From the NCBI GenBank assembly GCA_028534125.1, contig CM052832.1:18602001-18666000 (forward strand): a stretch of 64,000 nt of DNA, written 5' to 3'. Both the position numbers and the translations under genes were made by a program. This DNA is from Lama glama. Its lineage: Eukaryota. A model generated the notes under the pieces. That model saw only the letters and a program-made list of their open reading frames with translations, was not told where the DNA came from and made no database searches. This document shows, piece by piece, positions 26,431-40,535 of the stretch (the stretch's first letter is position 1; each line of letters begins with the position of its first letter).

Positions 26431-27323
26431 CTAGATGCAAGGAGATATGCATGAATAATAGTCGTTTATATAGAATAACATGTGACATTTAGTATTTAAT
26501 ATTTAACATCTTAATTTGCTTTTAATCAGAAATTTATAAAATCCCCATGGATACCATTCTTTGCTTCTCTAATTAAGTGCCAATATCTACCTCTAGAAAA
26601 CAGATTTGAATAGCAAATACATATTCAACAGTAAATGTTCTGTGCTGAGGTTTATATAAATACTTGAGAAATGAAAGCTATTTATATATTAATTTTAATC
26701 CACAAATAAACATGAGTTTTAGAATAAACTCTGACCTAAGGATTTTGGAATCGTGGAGAATTGTAATAGATGTAAATATTGAATCTTAGTTTGCAAGGTT
26801 AAAACACACATTAAACAACATTTAAATATTTTCTTAATGTTTCTTTAATTATTAATGAAGACAAAGCAAAATTAAATAGATATTTTGAAGTAATTTTTTG
26901 GGAGTAGGGGTGGTGTCTTTTTGAAAGTTGATCAAATTCACCCCTCCCTTTGAGAGAGTGAGAGTTATACAATAAAGTGATTGAGTAAAAATGAGCACAG
27001 GTAAGGAAGACTGACTTCAGATCCTGGAGCCCACAAGTTTCAAATATATATTTGTCATTGTCTATGTGGTATATCAGTACACAGTCACAGGTTGGGGAGG
27101 GCAGGGAACAAGTCCCTCCTCCCACCCTGAACTTGAACAAAGTATGTAGACGTGCAAGTCCAGTAGTAGGTACGCTGCGTTAGGTATGCTGCATTAACAA
27201 CATTGGAAGACAACTTTTCCTGCAGGAAAAGACCTACGGGAAACAGAAGTTCTAGGTCCTTTCAGCAAGACTTGGAGCTAGCGACGCCTACATCTGAATG
27301 TACAGGGGGCTTGTTTTACTTAC

Positions 27324-27405
27324 CATCCGCGTCAAAGTGCTGCCAGACCTGCCAAAAGCCAACGGCATCCAAGCGCATTTGAGTGGTTTCGCGGGCGCTG
27401 TCCAT
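27324..27405 (-). CDS. SCGN: Secretagogin coding exon 1 (MDSARETTQMRLDAVGFWQVWQHFDAD)
   Basis: ATG in ACCATGG Kozak context, 82 nt, ends at a GTAAGT donor; translation matches the secretagogin N-terminus. Confidence 0.97.
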
Positions 27406-27414
27406 GGTATTGAC
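27394..27414 (-). promoter_or_regulatory. RE1/NRSE (REST-binding) motif overlapping the SCGN start codon
   Basis: GTCAATACCATGGACAGCGCC versus consensus TTCAGCACCnnGGACAGCGCC; right half-site perfect, 3 mismatches in the left half. Confidence 0.65.
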
Positions 27415-27760
27415 AACGAAGAGCAGGCACGGGGCGGAGGGGGTGCGAGGAACACCTAGAGAATTTTGATAAGGACTCCTCTACAATGTCTTCTGACTCC
27501 CTCACCTGCTTCTTTCGTTCTCTTATTTGCTTTGAGCACCTGTCTGAGGGGCAGGCACAAGGGCATCTGGCGAGGCGGCTGCTGGCGCCTTAGTGTCGCT
27601 GTGCAGTCCCCAAGCCCCCACCGCGCCTCTTAGGGAAACCAGCTGCTTGGAACCCGCCCAGTTCCTGGCGCGTCGTCCCTGCCCCGCCCTGCGCTGTCTG
27701 TCCTAGGCAGATCAACGAGGGAGCTCTGTGGCTGCCTCAGCGCTGTGGGAAAGTCGGGGA
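27406..27760 (-). promoter_or_regulatory. SCGN: SCGN 5' UTR and proximal promoter (CpG-enriched, GC boxes)
   Basis: Local CpG enrichment against a CpG-poor background; CCCGCCC boxes near 27653 and 27683; E-box CAGCTG near 27640; TSS not determinable. Confidence 0.7.
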
Positions 27761-30700
27761 GAAAGGAGCTGCCTCAGAGTGTCCATGGCTCACTCTCTTT
27801 GCCCAATAACTTGTCTGTCAAACTCAGAGAAAGTATCCCCCTTATGTTTCACTCACCTACCAAACTTGTGTCTCAGGGGGTTTCTAGAGAGAACTCCCCC
27901 GTTTAAACGGCTGGAAGAGTGTCAAGTGTTAGGGTCCTTTGAACCCGATTATTTAGAACTGTAGTGGGTGAGGAGTGAGATGAAGAGCAGTAATGGTGGT
28001 GGTGGTAAGAGATTACCAGTAAGCTGGGAGACAGTCATCAGGGACGATTACTGAGCCCTGATTGTATAGGGCATGCACATTGCTATACTATAATGCACTA
28101 TAAGGACTTGCATCTAAATAGAGATTCTACACAGAACTGTGGTTTAAATCGGGATTTTAGGATGTTGACAGGACTTCATACTACGCCATGCTTTTCCAGG
28201 AAAAGAGAGCTAGGGGGATACATGGTGGCTGGCTGCAGTTCTTAGGTAGAAGTTTAGATGATTGTGTTTGGCTCCTAAGAGCCACACTAAGACTGAAGGA
28301 CAAAAACCATTTGGAGGAACACAGAGCTCTCTCTAATGATCAGAACTGTTCAACAGTTGACTGGATGCTTTGTGAAACAGCTGAATGACACTGATGGCTT
28401 CTGACCATGAGCTCAGAACCTTTTGTTGAGGAATCTATAAAAGGAGCTTGGGTAATAGGAGAGTTGGGCCAAATATAGATCTTTATGGCTTGCTAACTCT
28501 GATATTAACATTAAATTTTATTTTTTAAAAGCACATATACATAAGCCATCTAAACTAGAGTATTTAAAGGAACATGACACTCATGGTCAGACAGTCCTGG
28601 GTTAGGATCCAAGCTCCATCACTTACTAGCTTTGTGACCTGCATCATTAGTTTTCATTTCTCTAAGCCTCAGTTTTCTCGTCTATAAAATAAGGATTATA
28701 ATAACTACTTTGGAGGGTTACTGAGAAGATCAGAGCCACTCACAGCAGTGCACAATAAATTGTAGTTGCTATGGTCTTGTAGAGGATGAGGGGACTATAT
28801 TGTTAAAAAAAAAAAAAAGGAAAACAAGGAAAGCCTGAGAAACTGTCACAGCCAAGAGAAGTCTAAGAAGAGTGATGATTAAATGTAATATTGTATCCTG
28901 GGTGGGATCCTGGAACAGAAAAAGGACATTAGGCAAAAACTAAGAAAATTTGAATAAATAATAAATATAGGCTGTTAATGATAATAAACAGTTATTTACA
29001 AGTAAATAGTTCTGGGTTTAGGGCAAGCTTTGTCTCTTTCTATGATGTTAATCAGATTACTCAAAAGAAGCCTCACTTTCTTCACCTGTAGAATGGAGAA
29101 AATAGTAGCATTTGTGTTGCATTTTTGTCACAAAGTTCAGATTTTAAAAATACATATAAACCTCTTAGCACAAAAGACACAGTAAACACTCAGTGTAAGT
29201 TAGCTACTAAAATGATGAATCTTCCTTGTGTACACATTTGGAAGATGGTGATGTAAACGTCAGGATTTTTAAGAAGTGTGGCTTAGGTTAAAAGTAGAAA
29301 AACAATTATCATCACTCTTGGAGAAAGTATTGGGTACAAAAATTGGAGAACAAAGAAGGAAGAGAGGATTCGGGGCTCAGTATCGACATATCCACATGTC
29401 ATATGTGGTCCTGGGAAATTACTGGCTACAGTGTCAAACATCAGTCAGGAATACTAATAAGCATGGACTCACCAGGTTGGTGACTGATCTTGCTTTCTGA
29501 GAAATAGTGGGAAAAAAGAAAAAATAAGGCAAATGTCAGGAGTAATAATCAAGATCTAATGTAAGGGATGGTTATATAAATGATGGTAAGTCATTATGAT
29601 GGGCTTTGCTTCACACATAGAAATCTTGATTTTGAAGCCTGATGACACACAAAAAATGCTCAGAACATAAGGTTTAAGATTAAAAAGCAAGTTAGAAAAA
29701 TGCACATATTACATGACCGAATTATTTACAATAGAATACATATTTCCACACAAAGAATAAAGTGGAAGAATATACACTAATTGATGTAAATGATGCTTAT
29801 TTCTGGAATAAGGAAGAGGGAGAATCATGGAAGATTTTAATTTTGTTATTTGTAATTCTTCTACTTTAAAGCTGTCTACAATAAGCATATAATGCAACCA
29901 TAATTTTTAAAAGTTGTAAAGATGCAATCTAGAGAAAGGAAAGAAGTACAGCTACCAGGACTGCTGTTATCCTCAGAACTGGAGAACAAACAGAACTTGA
30001 ACCAATTTCCAGGAGCCTGGCATGTGGAGCTCTCTGGGGAGTTACAATTTCCATTCAATAACTTATTTTCATTTTCTTTGTATCCAAATACCTATCATAG
30101 CACTAGGTAGATAATGTTCAGTTACCTTGCATTCTCTCATACAGAAATGTGTGTGTTGGTGGGAGTAGGGGGCGGAATTATCGAAGCCCTTGAGAAGAGA
30201 ACCATTAGGAAGGTATTTACAGATCAGCAGGAGTCATCTTTAAGACTGTCTCACTGGAAAAGTGCTCCTACCTGGGAATGGAGTGATGGGAGTGGGGATG
30301 AAAGAACCAAAGGTGATTTATCTGAGTCCCTCACTGTCCAACCAGAGAACTCAGAGTAGAGCGAATACAAAGCAGCTAGAATTAACTTGAGATAAATTAT
30401 GCAATGTGTGGACTAATTTAGCCCCTTCCACAAAGATTCTGATTTAAAGGGTCTGGAGTTAGGACTCTGCAATGATACTTTTTAAAAGCTCCCCTAGGGA
30501 TTATATTAGAACCAACATCTAGATTTTCGTCTTTAAGTTTCCTGCAGCTTGTATTTTGGTCATTTTAATTTTGGGGGTGTGGCTTCTCTGAAGGCCAATC
30601 AGGAAAAGGAAAATACTTCTAAAGAATTAATATTATTTTTTATTAATATCCCATCTCTTTAAAAAAATGATTAGAATTTATATTGTATGTCACTCTGGTA

Positions 30701-31682
30701 AGTTTCAAGAATCTAAGGACTGCAATGAGTAATTTTTCTTTTTTATCCCTGCTGATTTGATTTTCTCCTGCAGTCAGTTCCTGCTTTTCTCATTAGCATA
30801 GCTAATTGATGGTTGTACAAGAAACATTAGTGGTCTCTAATTTGAATCATTGCTATTTAACCCTGATGCATGCATTAAACTCTGAGTTAGAATATCTGCA
30901 TCTTTTTACAAACTCATAATGATATTTCTAGCTGGAAACATAAACAGTGCTTTCTTTTCTGGAAATATAAACAGTGCATCCCAACTATTTCTCCCAATAG
31001 TTATTAAACATTTAAACATGAGGGACACCTGACAGACTATTTAGTAGACCTTAGAATTCGAAGAGATTGCCTTGGTTTGATGCCACACCATCTCCAAAGG
31101 GCAAAGGAAGTAGACTAAAAGAAATTGGACCAAGTTTATCATAAGAAAATGCTGGAAATAAAGTTAATATTTTTAATAGACCATTTATTGTGTCTTTCAT
31201 AATCACATGAATAATACAGATGATATAAATAATATAGATCAGAAAGTTAAAAAAAAAGATTCTCCCATAATTTTACCAGCCAGAGATAATCAAGAATAAT
31301 ATACTACTGTACATCCTTCCAGTCTTATTTTATTTCCACAAAAATTGGATTATACTGCTCTGTAACTTGTTTCATTTAATATTATGAACACCTCTCCATG
31401 TCATTAAATTTTTTTCAATGACATCATTTTAAGGGTAGTATTACCAAAATTTAACTAATGTCCTATTTTTGGACTTTTAAATTGTTTCTAGGTTTTCACT
31501 ATCATAATCAGTGCTATGACAGCTAAGTGTTTGCACGCTCTCATAATTATTTCTTTAAGATAAAATTCTAAATGCAGGAGTTCTGGGGTGAACAATACAT
31601 AGCATTTTAACTCTTAAGTACTGCTTTAGGTACATCCTACAAGTTTTGTTTAATTGTAATGATTTATTTTCTATAATGTGTC

Positions 31683-33425
31683 TTTTTTTAATTGTGGTAT
31701 AGTCAGTTGTAGTGTTATGTCCGTTTCTGGTGTACAGCACAATTCTTCAGTCATATGTGAATATACATATATTCATTTTCATATTTTTCACTGTAAGCTA
31801 CTATAAGATATTGAATATATTTCCCTGTGCTATACAATATAAACTTGTTTATCTGTTTTATATATACCAGTCAGTATCTGCAAATCTTAAACTCCCGGTT
31901 TATCTCTTTCCACCCTCTTCCCCACTGGCAACCACAAGTCTGTATTCTGTGTCTGTGAGACTGTTTCTATTTTATATATAAGTGAATTTGTCTTTTTTTT
32001 TTTTTTTTAGATTCCACATATGAGTGATATCATATGGTATTTTTCTTTCTCTTTCTGGCTTACTTCACTTAGAATGACAATCTCTAGGTCCATTCATGTT
32101 GCTGCAAATGGCATTATTTTGTTATTTTTATGGCTGAGTAGTATTCCATTGTATAAACATACCACAGCATTATCCAGTCATCTGTTGATGGACGTTTAGG
32201 TTGTTTCCATGTTTTGCCTATTGTAAATAGTGCTGCTGTGAACATTGAGGTGCATGTGTCTTTTTGAATTAAGGTTCCCTGTGGATATATGCCCAGAAGT
32301 GGGATTGTTGGATCATATGGTGAGTCTATTTTCAGTCTTTTGAGGAATCTCCATACTGTTTTCCATAATGGCTACACCAAATTACATTCCCACCAATAGT
32401 GTAGGAAGGTTCTCTTTTCCCTACACCTTCTCCAGCATTAATCATTCATGGACTTTTGAATGATGGCCATATTTACTGGTGTGAGGTGATACCTTATTGT
32501 AGTTTTGATTTGCATTTCTCTGATAATTGGCAATATTGAGCATTTTTTTCATGTGCCTATTGGCCATTTGTATGTCTTTATTGGAGGATTGCTTGCTTAG
32601 GTATCCTGCCCATTTTTGGATTGGATTATTTGGGGTTTTTTATTATTAAGTTGTATGAGCTGTTTATATATTCTGGAAATGAAACCCTTGTCAGTCTCAT
32701 CTTTTGCAAATATTTTCTCCTATTCCATAAGTTATCTTTTTGTTTTGCTTATGATTTCCTTTGCTGTGCAAAAGCTTATAAGTTTAATTAGGTCCCACTT
32801 GTTAATATTTGTTTTTATTTCTGTTGCCTGGGCAGACTGCTATAGGAGAACATTGCTGAGATTTATGTCAGAGAATGTTTTGCCTGTGTTTTCTTCTAGG
32901 AGGTTTATAGTGTCTTGTCTTATATTTAAATCGTTAAGCCATTTTGAGTTTATTCTTATGTATGGTATTAGGGAGTATTCTAACTTCATTAATTTATATG
33001 CAGCTGTCCAGTTATCCCTACACCATTTGCTGAAGAGACTGTCTTTACTCCATTGTATGTCCCTGCCTCCTTTGTCAAAGATTAATTGACCAAAAGTTTG
33101 TGGGTTTATTTCTGGACTCTCTGTTCTGTTACATTGATCCATATGTCCAGTGTTGTACCAATGTCATGCTGTTTTGATTACTGTAGCTCTGTAGTATTAA
33201 GTCTAGGAGGGTTATTACTCCAGCTTTGTTCTTTTTCTTCAATATTGCTTTGGTAATCCTGGATCTTTTGTGATTCTATATAAATTTCAGGATTATTTGT
33301 TCTAGTTCTGTGAAAAAATGTCTTGGGTAATTTGGTAGTGACCACATTAAATCTGTAGATTGCTTTAGGTAGTATGGCCATTTTAACGACATTAATTCTT
33401 CCAATCCAAGAACACGGGATATCTT
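31683..33425 (-). mobile_element. 5'-truncated LINE-1
   Basis: ORFs 32840..33142 and 33178..33480 translate to L1 ORF2 C-terminal peptides ([33 protein letters not shown]); L1 3' UTR and T tail. Confidence 0.95.
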
Positions 33426-35322
33426 GGAAAGAAATTTTAATAGCATCCAGTTCATTGTTTTCCAAATCTTGCCTGGTCATAGTCTAATTTGGGTTAGGGG
33501 TGCTCATTCAATGTAAAGATTCCTGGTCCCTATCCAAGGCCTGATGGATTAAAATCCCTAGAGCAAGAGCCTGGAATCTGTATTTTCAGAACTACTCAGG
33601 AGATTCTAATCACCCAGAAAATTGGGGGAAACACTGATCTACTCATTGTTGAGAAAAATGAGACCCAGAAAGATGAGATACCCAAGGTCACCCAGGATTC
33701 CTGACTCACTCTCTCGTGTCCTTTTCTTTACACCTATGGAAAGCCGGGGACAAGGAAGATAACTGACATGTATCATTTGCCTCTAATTGCCCAGGACCGG
33801 CACTGGGCACATGTAGGCACTTGGGCAGGTCAGGAGAGCAACCAAGAACTATGCAGTAGAGATGCTGCCTCCTGAAAAATCACTTACAGAATGAAAATGA
33901 ACAAATGACTCCATTATTCAATTCCTTGTGTAGAAGACAGGGTCTTCTGGGGGTTGTCTGTTTTCTTCAAGTGTCTGTCTCATTCATACTGGGAGCCCCT
34001 TGAGCGTAAAGTCCCGTCTAGCCTGGGATGCCTCCTAGTGCATGCTGAAATGCCAGCCAAGGCTTATGTTTAGGAAAATGCGAATTTCCATTTAGAGAGA
34101 GGCAAGTGGCTTTAGAGCACAGGATTGAACATTTATGAGTGTGTGTTGGTCTATTTATGTCTAGAGCCAATACTAAGTACACAGCAGGAGCCCAAGTTGC
34201 CTGCATGGGACTGACGGGACAGTTCTGAGGAAAGGAGGAATCTGGTACATAATAAAGGTATTTGCGTTGAGTATAAGAATGTTCTTCCTTCAATAAGCAA
34301 TCATTTGAAAGCTTCATTTGGAATTAGTAATAATTTTTCTTTTGGTAACCGAGATATTATTTAAGGTGCAAAAACAGCTAATAGTTAATTTGAGCCTAAC
34401 AACAACAACAAAAAACTGTCTTTTAAACTATGGCACATAATTTAAGCTGGTATTTTCCCAAGAGTGAATGCATTTGGGTGAGGCATGTCAGAGAAACAAG
34501 CCTCTTGTCCAAGAAAGGTTAACATTTTTCTAGGAACTTACCCAAACTTACACAGGAGAGTCAGTCTTAAAGTCCCTCAAGTAAATAAAACAAACAAGGA
34601 TTCATTTGTTTCTTATGGGGTACCTGCCTCTAAGCTGAACACACTGTACTTCATGAGATGATAAGCAGCTGCTGAAATGCTTGCCTTTTCAGGAAGCTCA
34701 GAGATACATCACTATTTACCTGGAGAGATTTCATGTTGTTTACTGACATCACTTGGACTGATACTTCCTTAATAGAAAGGAAAGCTGGATGCCAGATATT
34801 TCTGTGCTAGGCTCTAAAAGGAATGGCAGAGTGGTCAATGAAAAAAGATCTTCATTTAAAACGTAAATTTATTTTGTGTCTAAAATCCTAGTTCCTGGGG
34901 GCTTCTATCCAGATACAGACAGAAGGGACTAAAGATTAGGACTAAAATGAGGTCTCATTTTAGAAGGAAGTTTCTAGCTTCCTGCCTTGCTGGTTTTAGG
35001 AATTCATTAAATAATGCTCCCTTTTCTCCCCACAACTGAAAATAAGATGCAGAGTCAGGCAGGTGAAGATAAAAATAGTAGCCTTATTACTGATAAAAGC
35101 TAGAATGGACGGTGTGGCTAAGATGTGGGCACAACAGGCTTCCTAATATTTTCTGATTTCCAAATGAAAAGTACTTACCTGCTACAGGAAGAGCTGGACA
35201 GTCACAGGCTTCCCCTTCATGGGCAGAGTCTTCCCTGCTGGGCTTATCATGTGGTAAGGAAGAGTGCAGAGAGCATCCTCACCGTGGGCAGTCAGGTCTG
35301 TAGGGTCAGTATGCCCAGCCCC

Positions 35323-35720
35323 TGTTAGGGACTGAATTGTGACTGCCCCCCACCAAAAAAAGTCATACGTTGAAGCTTTAACCCCTACTGTGACTGTATT
35401 CAGAGATACGACCTTCAGGGAGGTAATTACGGTTATGTGAGAGCCTACAGGTGGGGCCTTCATCCCATAGGATTGGTGTCCTTATAAGAAGAGGAAGAGA
35501 GACTAGTGTACTCTCTGTCCATGCGAGCAAAGAGGAAAGGCCATGTTAGGACCCTGAGAAAGTGGCCATCTGCAAACCAGGAAGAGAGCCCTCACCAGAA
35601 TCCATCCCTGATGGCACTTTGATCTTGAACTCCTAGCCTTCCAAAATGTGAGGAAATACATTTCTGTTGTTTAAGCCATCCATCTGTGATATTTTGTTAG
35701 GGCAACCTTTCCTAAATTCA
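35323..35720 (+). mobile_element. MaLR (MLT1-type) solo LTR
   Basis: TGTTAGGGACTGAATTGTG start, GTCCTTATAAGAAGAGG, AGAGAGCCCTCACCAGAA, AATACATTTCTGTTGTTTAAGCC. Confidence 0.85.
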
Positions 35721-36571
35721 CTGATTGGTAAAGTCACTATATTCACCAACAGGCAGGTGAGAAGAGATACATGTGCATTTAGAGAGAAACTGGAATTACT
35801 TCTTTCACATTTCTCCTTCTTAGGTATAGAAATATATATTTCTGGAGTAGAAATAGCCTCCCCTCTGTGGACACATGATGAGGGGGGAACAAACATTCCT
35901 CCTTCACATGCCCAGCACAGCAGTCTCCCTGTAACTGTCCCTGATAGGTGGTTTGTCCAGCCTCTGATTGAAATACCAAGGGACAAACTCCCTCTTGAGG
36001 CAACAACTCACTGAACCTTTGGAGAGCTCTGACTCTGGGAAGACGGTCCTAAGTCAAGTAAGCCCCCTGCTACCTCCACACAGAACCCCAACTTGTATCC
36101 CCCGAGCCCCACAGATCAATGCTGGAGCCTCTCCTACATGACAGATTTCCAGATATTTAAGGATAGCTGTCTCTTAGCTCCTTACTTTTCTCTTTTTCTA
36201 GGTTAAATATACATGAATCTAATAACAGGGCCAAGTGGTCGCCAGGCCACTCTGCTGCAAGCAGTCCTGAGGTAGCATCCTAAGAGACAAATACAGCAGC
36301 CGCAGATCCCTTAAGGCCCAGCTTCATACATAAGTTACGTGGCATCACTGTTGCTATATTCTGTTTGTCAAACCTGGGGTACAAGGTACAAGACCAGCCC
36401 AGACTCTGCCTTTCAGAGGGAGACATTGTAAAAAAATTTGCAGCCACCTTTAATCTTCTACAATGATCTTTTCAACTTTGAAAAAAATGCCTGTTCTTTT
36501 AGAAGTGTATTCCTATTTTTGTCTTGTGGATTCTTTCTTTTTGAATATGTGCACATTTTTTACTTCCTCAC

Positions 36572-36870
36572 TTTTTTAAATTGAAGTATAGTTGATTTAC
36601 AATGTTGTGTTACTTTCTGGTGTACAGCATAGTTACTCAGTTACATACGTGTGTATTTCTTTTCATATTCTTTTTCATTATAGGCTACTACAAGGTATTG
36701 AATACAGTTCCCTGTGCTATACAGTAGGGCCTTGCTGGTTATCTATTTTATGTATAGTAGTTAGTATCTGCAAATCCCGAACTCCCAGTTTATCCCTCCA
36801 CACTCGCCCCCTTTGCCCCCTGGTAACCACAAGTTTGTTTTCTATGTCTGTGAGTCTGCTTCTGTTTTTG
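36572..36870 (-). mobile_element. LINE-1 3' end fragment
   Basis: TTTTTAAATTGAAGTATAGTTGATTTACAATGTTG antisense L1 terminus, similar to the 31683 copy. Confidence 0.85.
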
Positions 36871-39729
36871 ACATCCTTAGTTTAAGTCCCCTTCAGATTG
36901 CTTATTATCACTGATGGTGAGTTTCCTTGCTGCTTTATAATTTTTGCCCATGAGCTCATCCTGACAGGAGTCCCATGCCAGCCCACTAGTTTGTGAAGGC
37001 AGCCCTATATAGTGGATAAATCTCCAGCCTAATAAATATTTTTCTTATACACGTACATGGATAGGACAACCCCTTTCTGGCTTCTGGATTTTTGCTGTTA
37101 GGTGTTAGGCTAAGAGTGAGGGCTGCCCGCATTGGCTTGGTCCGTTATCTTAGTCTGAAGTTCTTGTGATAGTTTCTTCCCAAGTACAAAAAAATTTCTG
37201 TTTTACAACCTCACCTCTGCCAGCCATTTGCAGCTGCTTCTCAGATTTAAGATCACACCAGAACTGTCACAATGAATTTAAAAAGTTAACAGCGATTTTT
37301 TTCTCTAGGATGAGAAAACCAGTAACACTAACTATTCAGTTAAATAATGATGTAACCAGTGTCTGTGATATAAGAGACAAACATTTTTCCCAATCTGCCA
37401 TTTATTTTTTGATTTTTCCCCATGATCATATTTGACACATAGATTTTTTTATGTTATTAAGAATTAGTTGTCAAATTTTTCATCTTCTGGTTCAGTGAGA
37501 GAGGAAGATTTTAATCATTCTAATTATTTTCATCAGTGTCTTAGCTATTGGATTACCTCCTGTTTACCAACTCGACATAATTTTGTGATTTTATTCTTCT
37601 TCAAAGTAGTTTCTATATTACATGATGTATGGCTGTTAGCATAACTGATGCCATCTTGGGCCCGTACAGTTCCTCCTGTTCTTCCACTGACCCTACCCAG
37701 GACTGCACTGTGGATAAATCACCTCTCTGTCTTCAAGGGCTTTGTAGTTAATAGATATTGTTTAATAATCATTGGGACCAAATGGCCTCTATGCTCTGCT
37801 AGTCCCCTATGATGAAGACCTTTGCTAATGTATTCCCAGTGCCCACAAGACTAGTTACCCCATTCATAAATCTTGACTTAGGAGTGTATTTCCTGTTTCC
37901 AAGTGCATCTTCTGTACCCTAGGTTAACTATAAAGTCGTCTCAATGATTCATCAAGAAAATCAGCAATAGCTTCAGGGACCTTAATTGGTCTATACTTAT
38001 TGTAATCACATAGTAGCCCCTTTGGCTGACTTAGGTTTCATCTTGTTGAAAGAAACAGAACCACATTCAACCTAGATTAGATAAAAGGTTTATTGTTGGA
38101 TGCATAAGACTATCACAGGTATGGAGCACAAGCAGGACCTGTGTGTCTCATGGACACTGGAAGGTCGTCAGGCCCTTTCTGTCTCTTCTCTGAGCTGCTT
38201 TGTTTGTATCTGCCCTTGGCAACCTCTCCTGTATTCTCTCTGTCTCTCTGTCTATCTATCTGTCTGTCTGTCTCTCATCCCCTCTGAGCAGTTTCCTCTG
38301 TTCCGAGTGCATATGATGCTCCTGACCCCAAATGGTGATCACGGCATCCACGTCTCTGTGACCTTCTCTTTCAGGAAGTGGAAAACTTTGTAAAGGACAG
38401 ATAGTAAGTATTTTAGACTTTCTGGACCTGCAGATCTCTGTTGCAGCCATGGGCTGTCATAGATAATATGTAAACTAGTGGGTGTTGCCAGATTGAGCTG
38501 ATGAGCAATAGTTTACCAACCCCTCAACTAATTCTTTTTCACTTTTCCAAATTATTTGGAGAGAGAACCTGAAGATTCCCTGTGGGTCAGATGTTCACTC
38601 CTGATTTAGTCATTTAAGGAAGAAGGTTTAGAGTTGTCTTTCTGGGATTAGGGGCCAGGAAGATAGCTCTTTTTAGCCGAGTAGCTCAACTTTATTACCT
38701 GTGAATTGGGGTAGTGAGAGTTTGCAAGCCTCACTTGCAGACTTTAGTATGATTATGGATGAGGAAATTTTCCTAAATGCTGGGACATCCTGGGTCCACA
38801 TTAAAATCTATAAGAAAAATAAGCAGTCTCTATTCTAAAATGCCTGGATCCCCATGACAGTGGCCCAAACCCAAGCTTTCCCATGTTCACAGATGGTCAG
38901 CGGGGTACAGAACTACTCCAAGTACCTGCCACACTTCGGCATAAGCTCTGAGCCCCCTCCTGGTTGGAGATTCCAGCTGTACAACATAAGGAATGAAGTT
39001 GCAGGAATAGAGGGGATTTTTTTGTTTGATTTTTTTTTTGACCGAGTTGTTTTCATGTGGTTATCTAAAAACATCTTCTGATGTTACCTAAAAACAAACC
39101 ATTAAGTGTTCTACATAAATAAAATAGTTATGCCTTTGCACCATCCCCTGTCGTCCTCAGCCAGCGTTTGGGGTGGAATGAGCTGAGGCTCAGGAATGGA
39201 GTGTGAGCATCTCCTGTGCTCCTTTGTGGGTAGTAAAAAAGGAGCACTTCTACATATTGACACATCCAGTGGTTCTTTTTGTACATTGCTGCCCTTTAAG
39301 AAAGACACAACAGAACCTGGGTAGAGAAGAGAAACCAGCATGGTCTGGGAGGGAAGGTCCACCCCCCCGAGGATGGAGCAAAGTCCCACTAACTGTCATC
39401 TGCCTGATGGATAAAACCTGCGGGTATCACAGAGGAGGGATGTGGGAACCACAGTGTCATCACCAAATCCAGATATCCAAAGAGAATCTTTGCAGGAAGT
39501 CTTTGAAAGCTGAAAGGATATGAATGGATTTTAGGGAAGATGAAAATTCTTTACCCAGGTGAGGAAGTTAGCAGGAGGTTTTGCTCAGAGGAGTTCACTG
39601 GCCAAAATTTTGAGTGATTATGCTCTCTTCCCAATTTAGATTGACAGGTTATTTATTCAGCACTTGTCCTCTAAACTCTATACAAGGCAGTGAGAAGATG
39701 AGAAATGTGGGGCAGGAGAAGGGGAGCTA

Positions 39730-39950
39730 TGTTTGCTGATTCCTACCACGTCTAGTTGTTTCCTCACATTGTCTCGTGAGTTCTCCCAGCAGTTCTGAGA
39801 AGTAGATATTATGATTCCTGTTTTCAGAGATGAGCAAACCAGGACTAAGAGCATTTAAGTAACTTTCCTCATATTGCTGGAAGTGGGTAGCAGAGCTGGA
39901 GCTCAAATCCAGGTCTTTCTAAAGCCAAAGCTTATTCTCTTTCCACTAAA
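39730..39950 (-). mobile_element. MIR SINE
   Basis: TTTTCAGAGATGAGCAAACC...TAAGTAACTT...GCAGAGCTGGAGCTCAAATCCAGGTCT core. Confidence 0.7.
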
Positions 39951-40089
39951 ATAGAAGTTTTCAGCCCCATCAGACCCAAGTCCCCTTTTATGAAAAGTAT
40001 TTTACAGCCCTTTTTTACTATCCTGAAATAAAATTCATTGAAAATTTAGCCTTCCTCTATATAGTGCTTAATTTTTAAAAAGCCTTAAT

Positions 40090-40535
40090 ATCTGCAGCAA
40101 AACTTGTACACAAATATTCATGGTAGCATTATTCATAATAGCTAAAAAGTGGGAAAAATCCAAATGTCTATCAGTGAATGAATGAATAAATAAAACGCAG
40201 CATATTTACACGTGGGGTATATTTCAGCAATAAATAATAGCTAAGTACTAATACATGCTACAACATGGGTAAACTTTGAAAACATGTTTAAGAAGTTAGT
40301 CACAAAGGATAATATATTATGATTTGATTTTATGAAATATCCAGAACAGGCAAATCCAGAGACAGAAAGGAGATTAGTGGTTGCTTAGGGATGGGGGATA
40401 GGGGACTGGGGATTTAGAGCAGGATTCCTTTGGTGGGGGGGTGAATATATTCTAAAATTTATTATGGTAACGGATGTCACAACTCTGTAAATATACAAAA
40501 AAAATATAAAGCCATTGAATTGTACACATCACATG
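40090..40535 (+). mobile_element. Old L1M 3' fragment
   Basis: GCATTATTCATAATAGCTAAAAAGTGG...GATTAGTGGTTGCTTAGGG...GCCATTGAATTGTACAC. Confidence 0.8.

Noticed and set aside
32616..33089. 157-aa hydrophobic ORF (also 18996..19316)
   Set aside because: Antisense reading of LINE-1 ORF2
34943..34962. Short palindrome TAAAATGAG-GT-CTCATTTTA; small tandem duplications near 13525, 24811 and 30933
   Set aside because: Too short to separate from background slippage or chance
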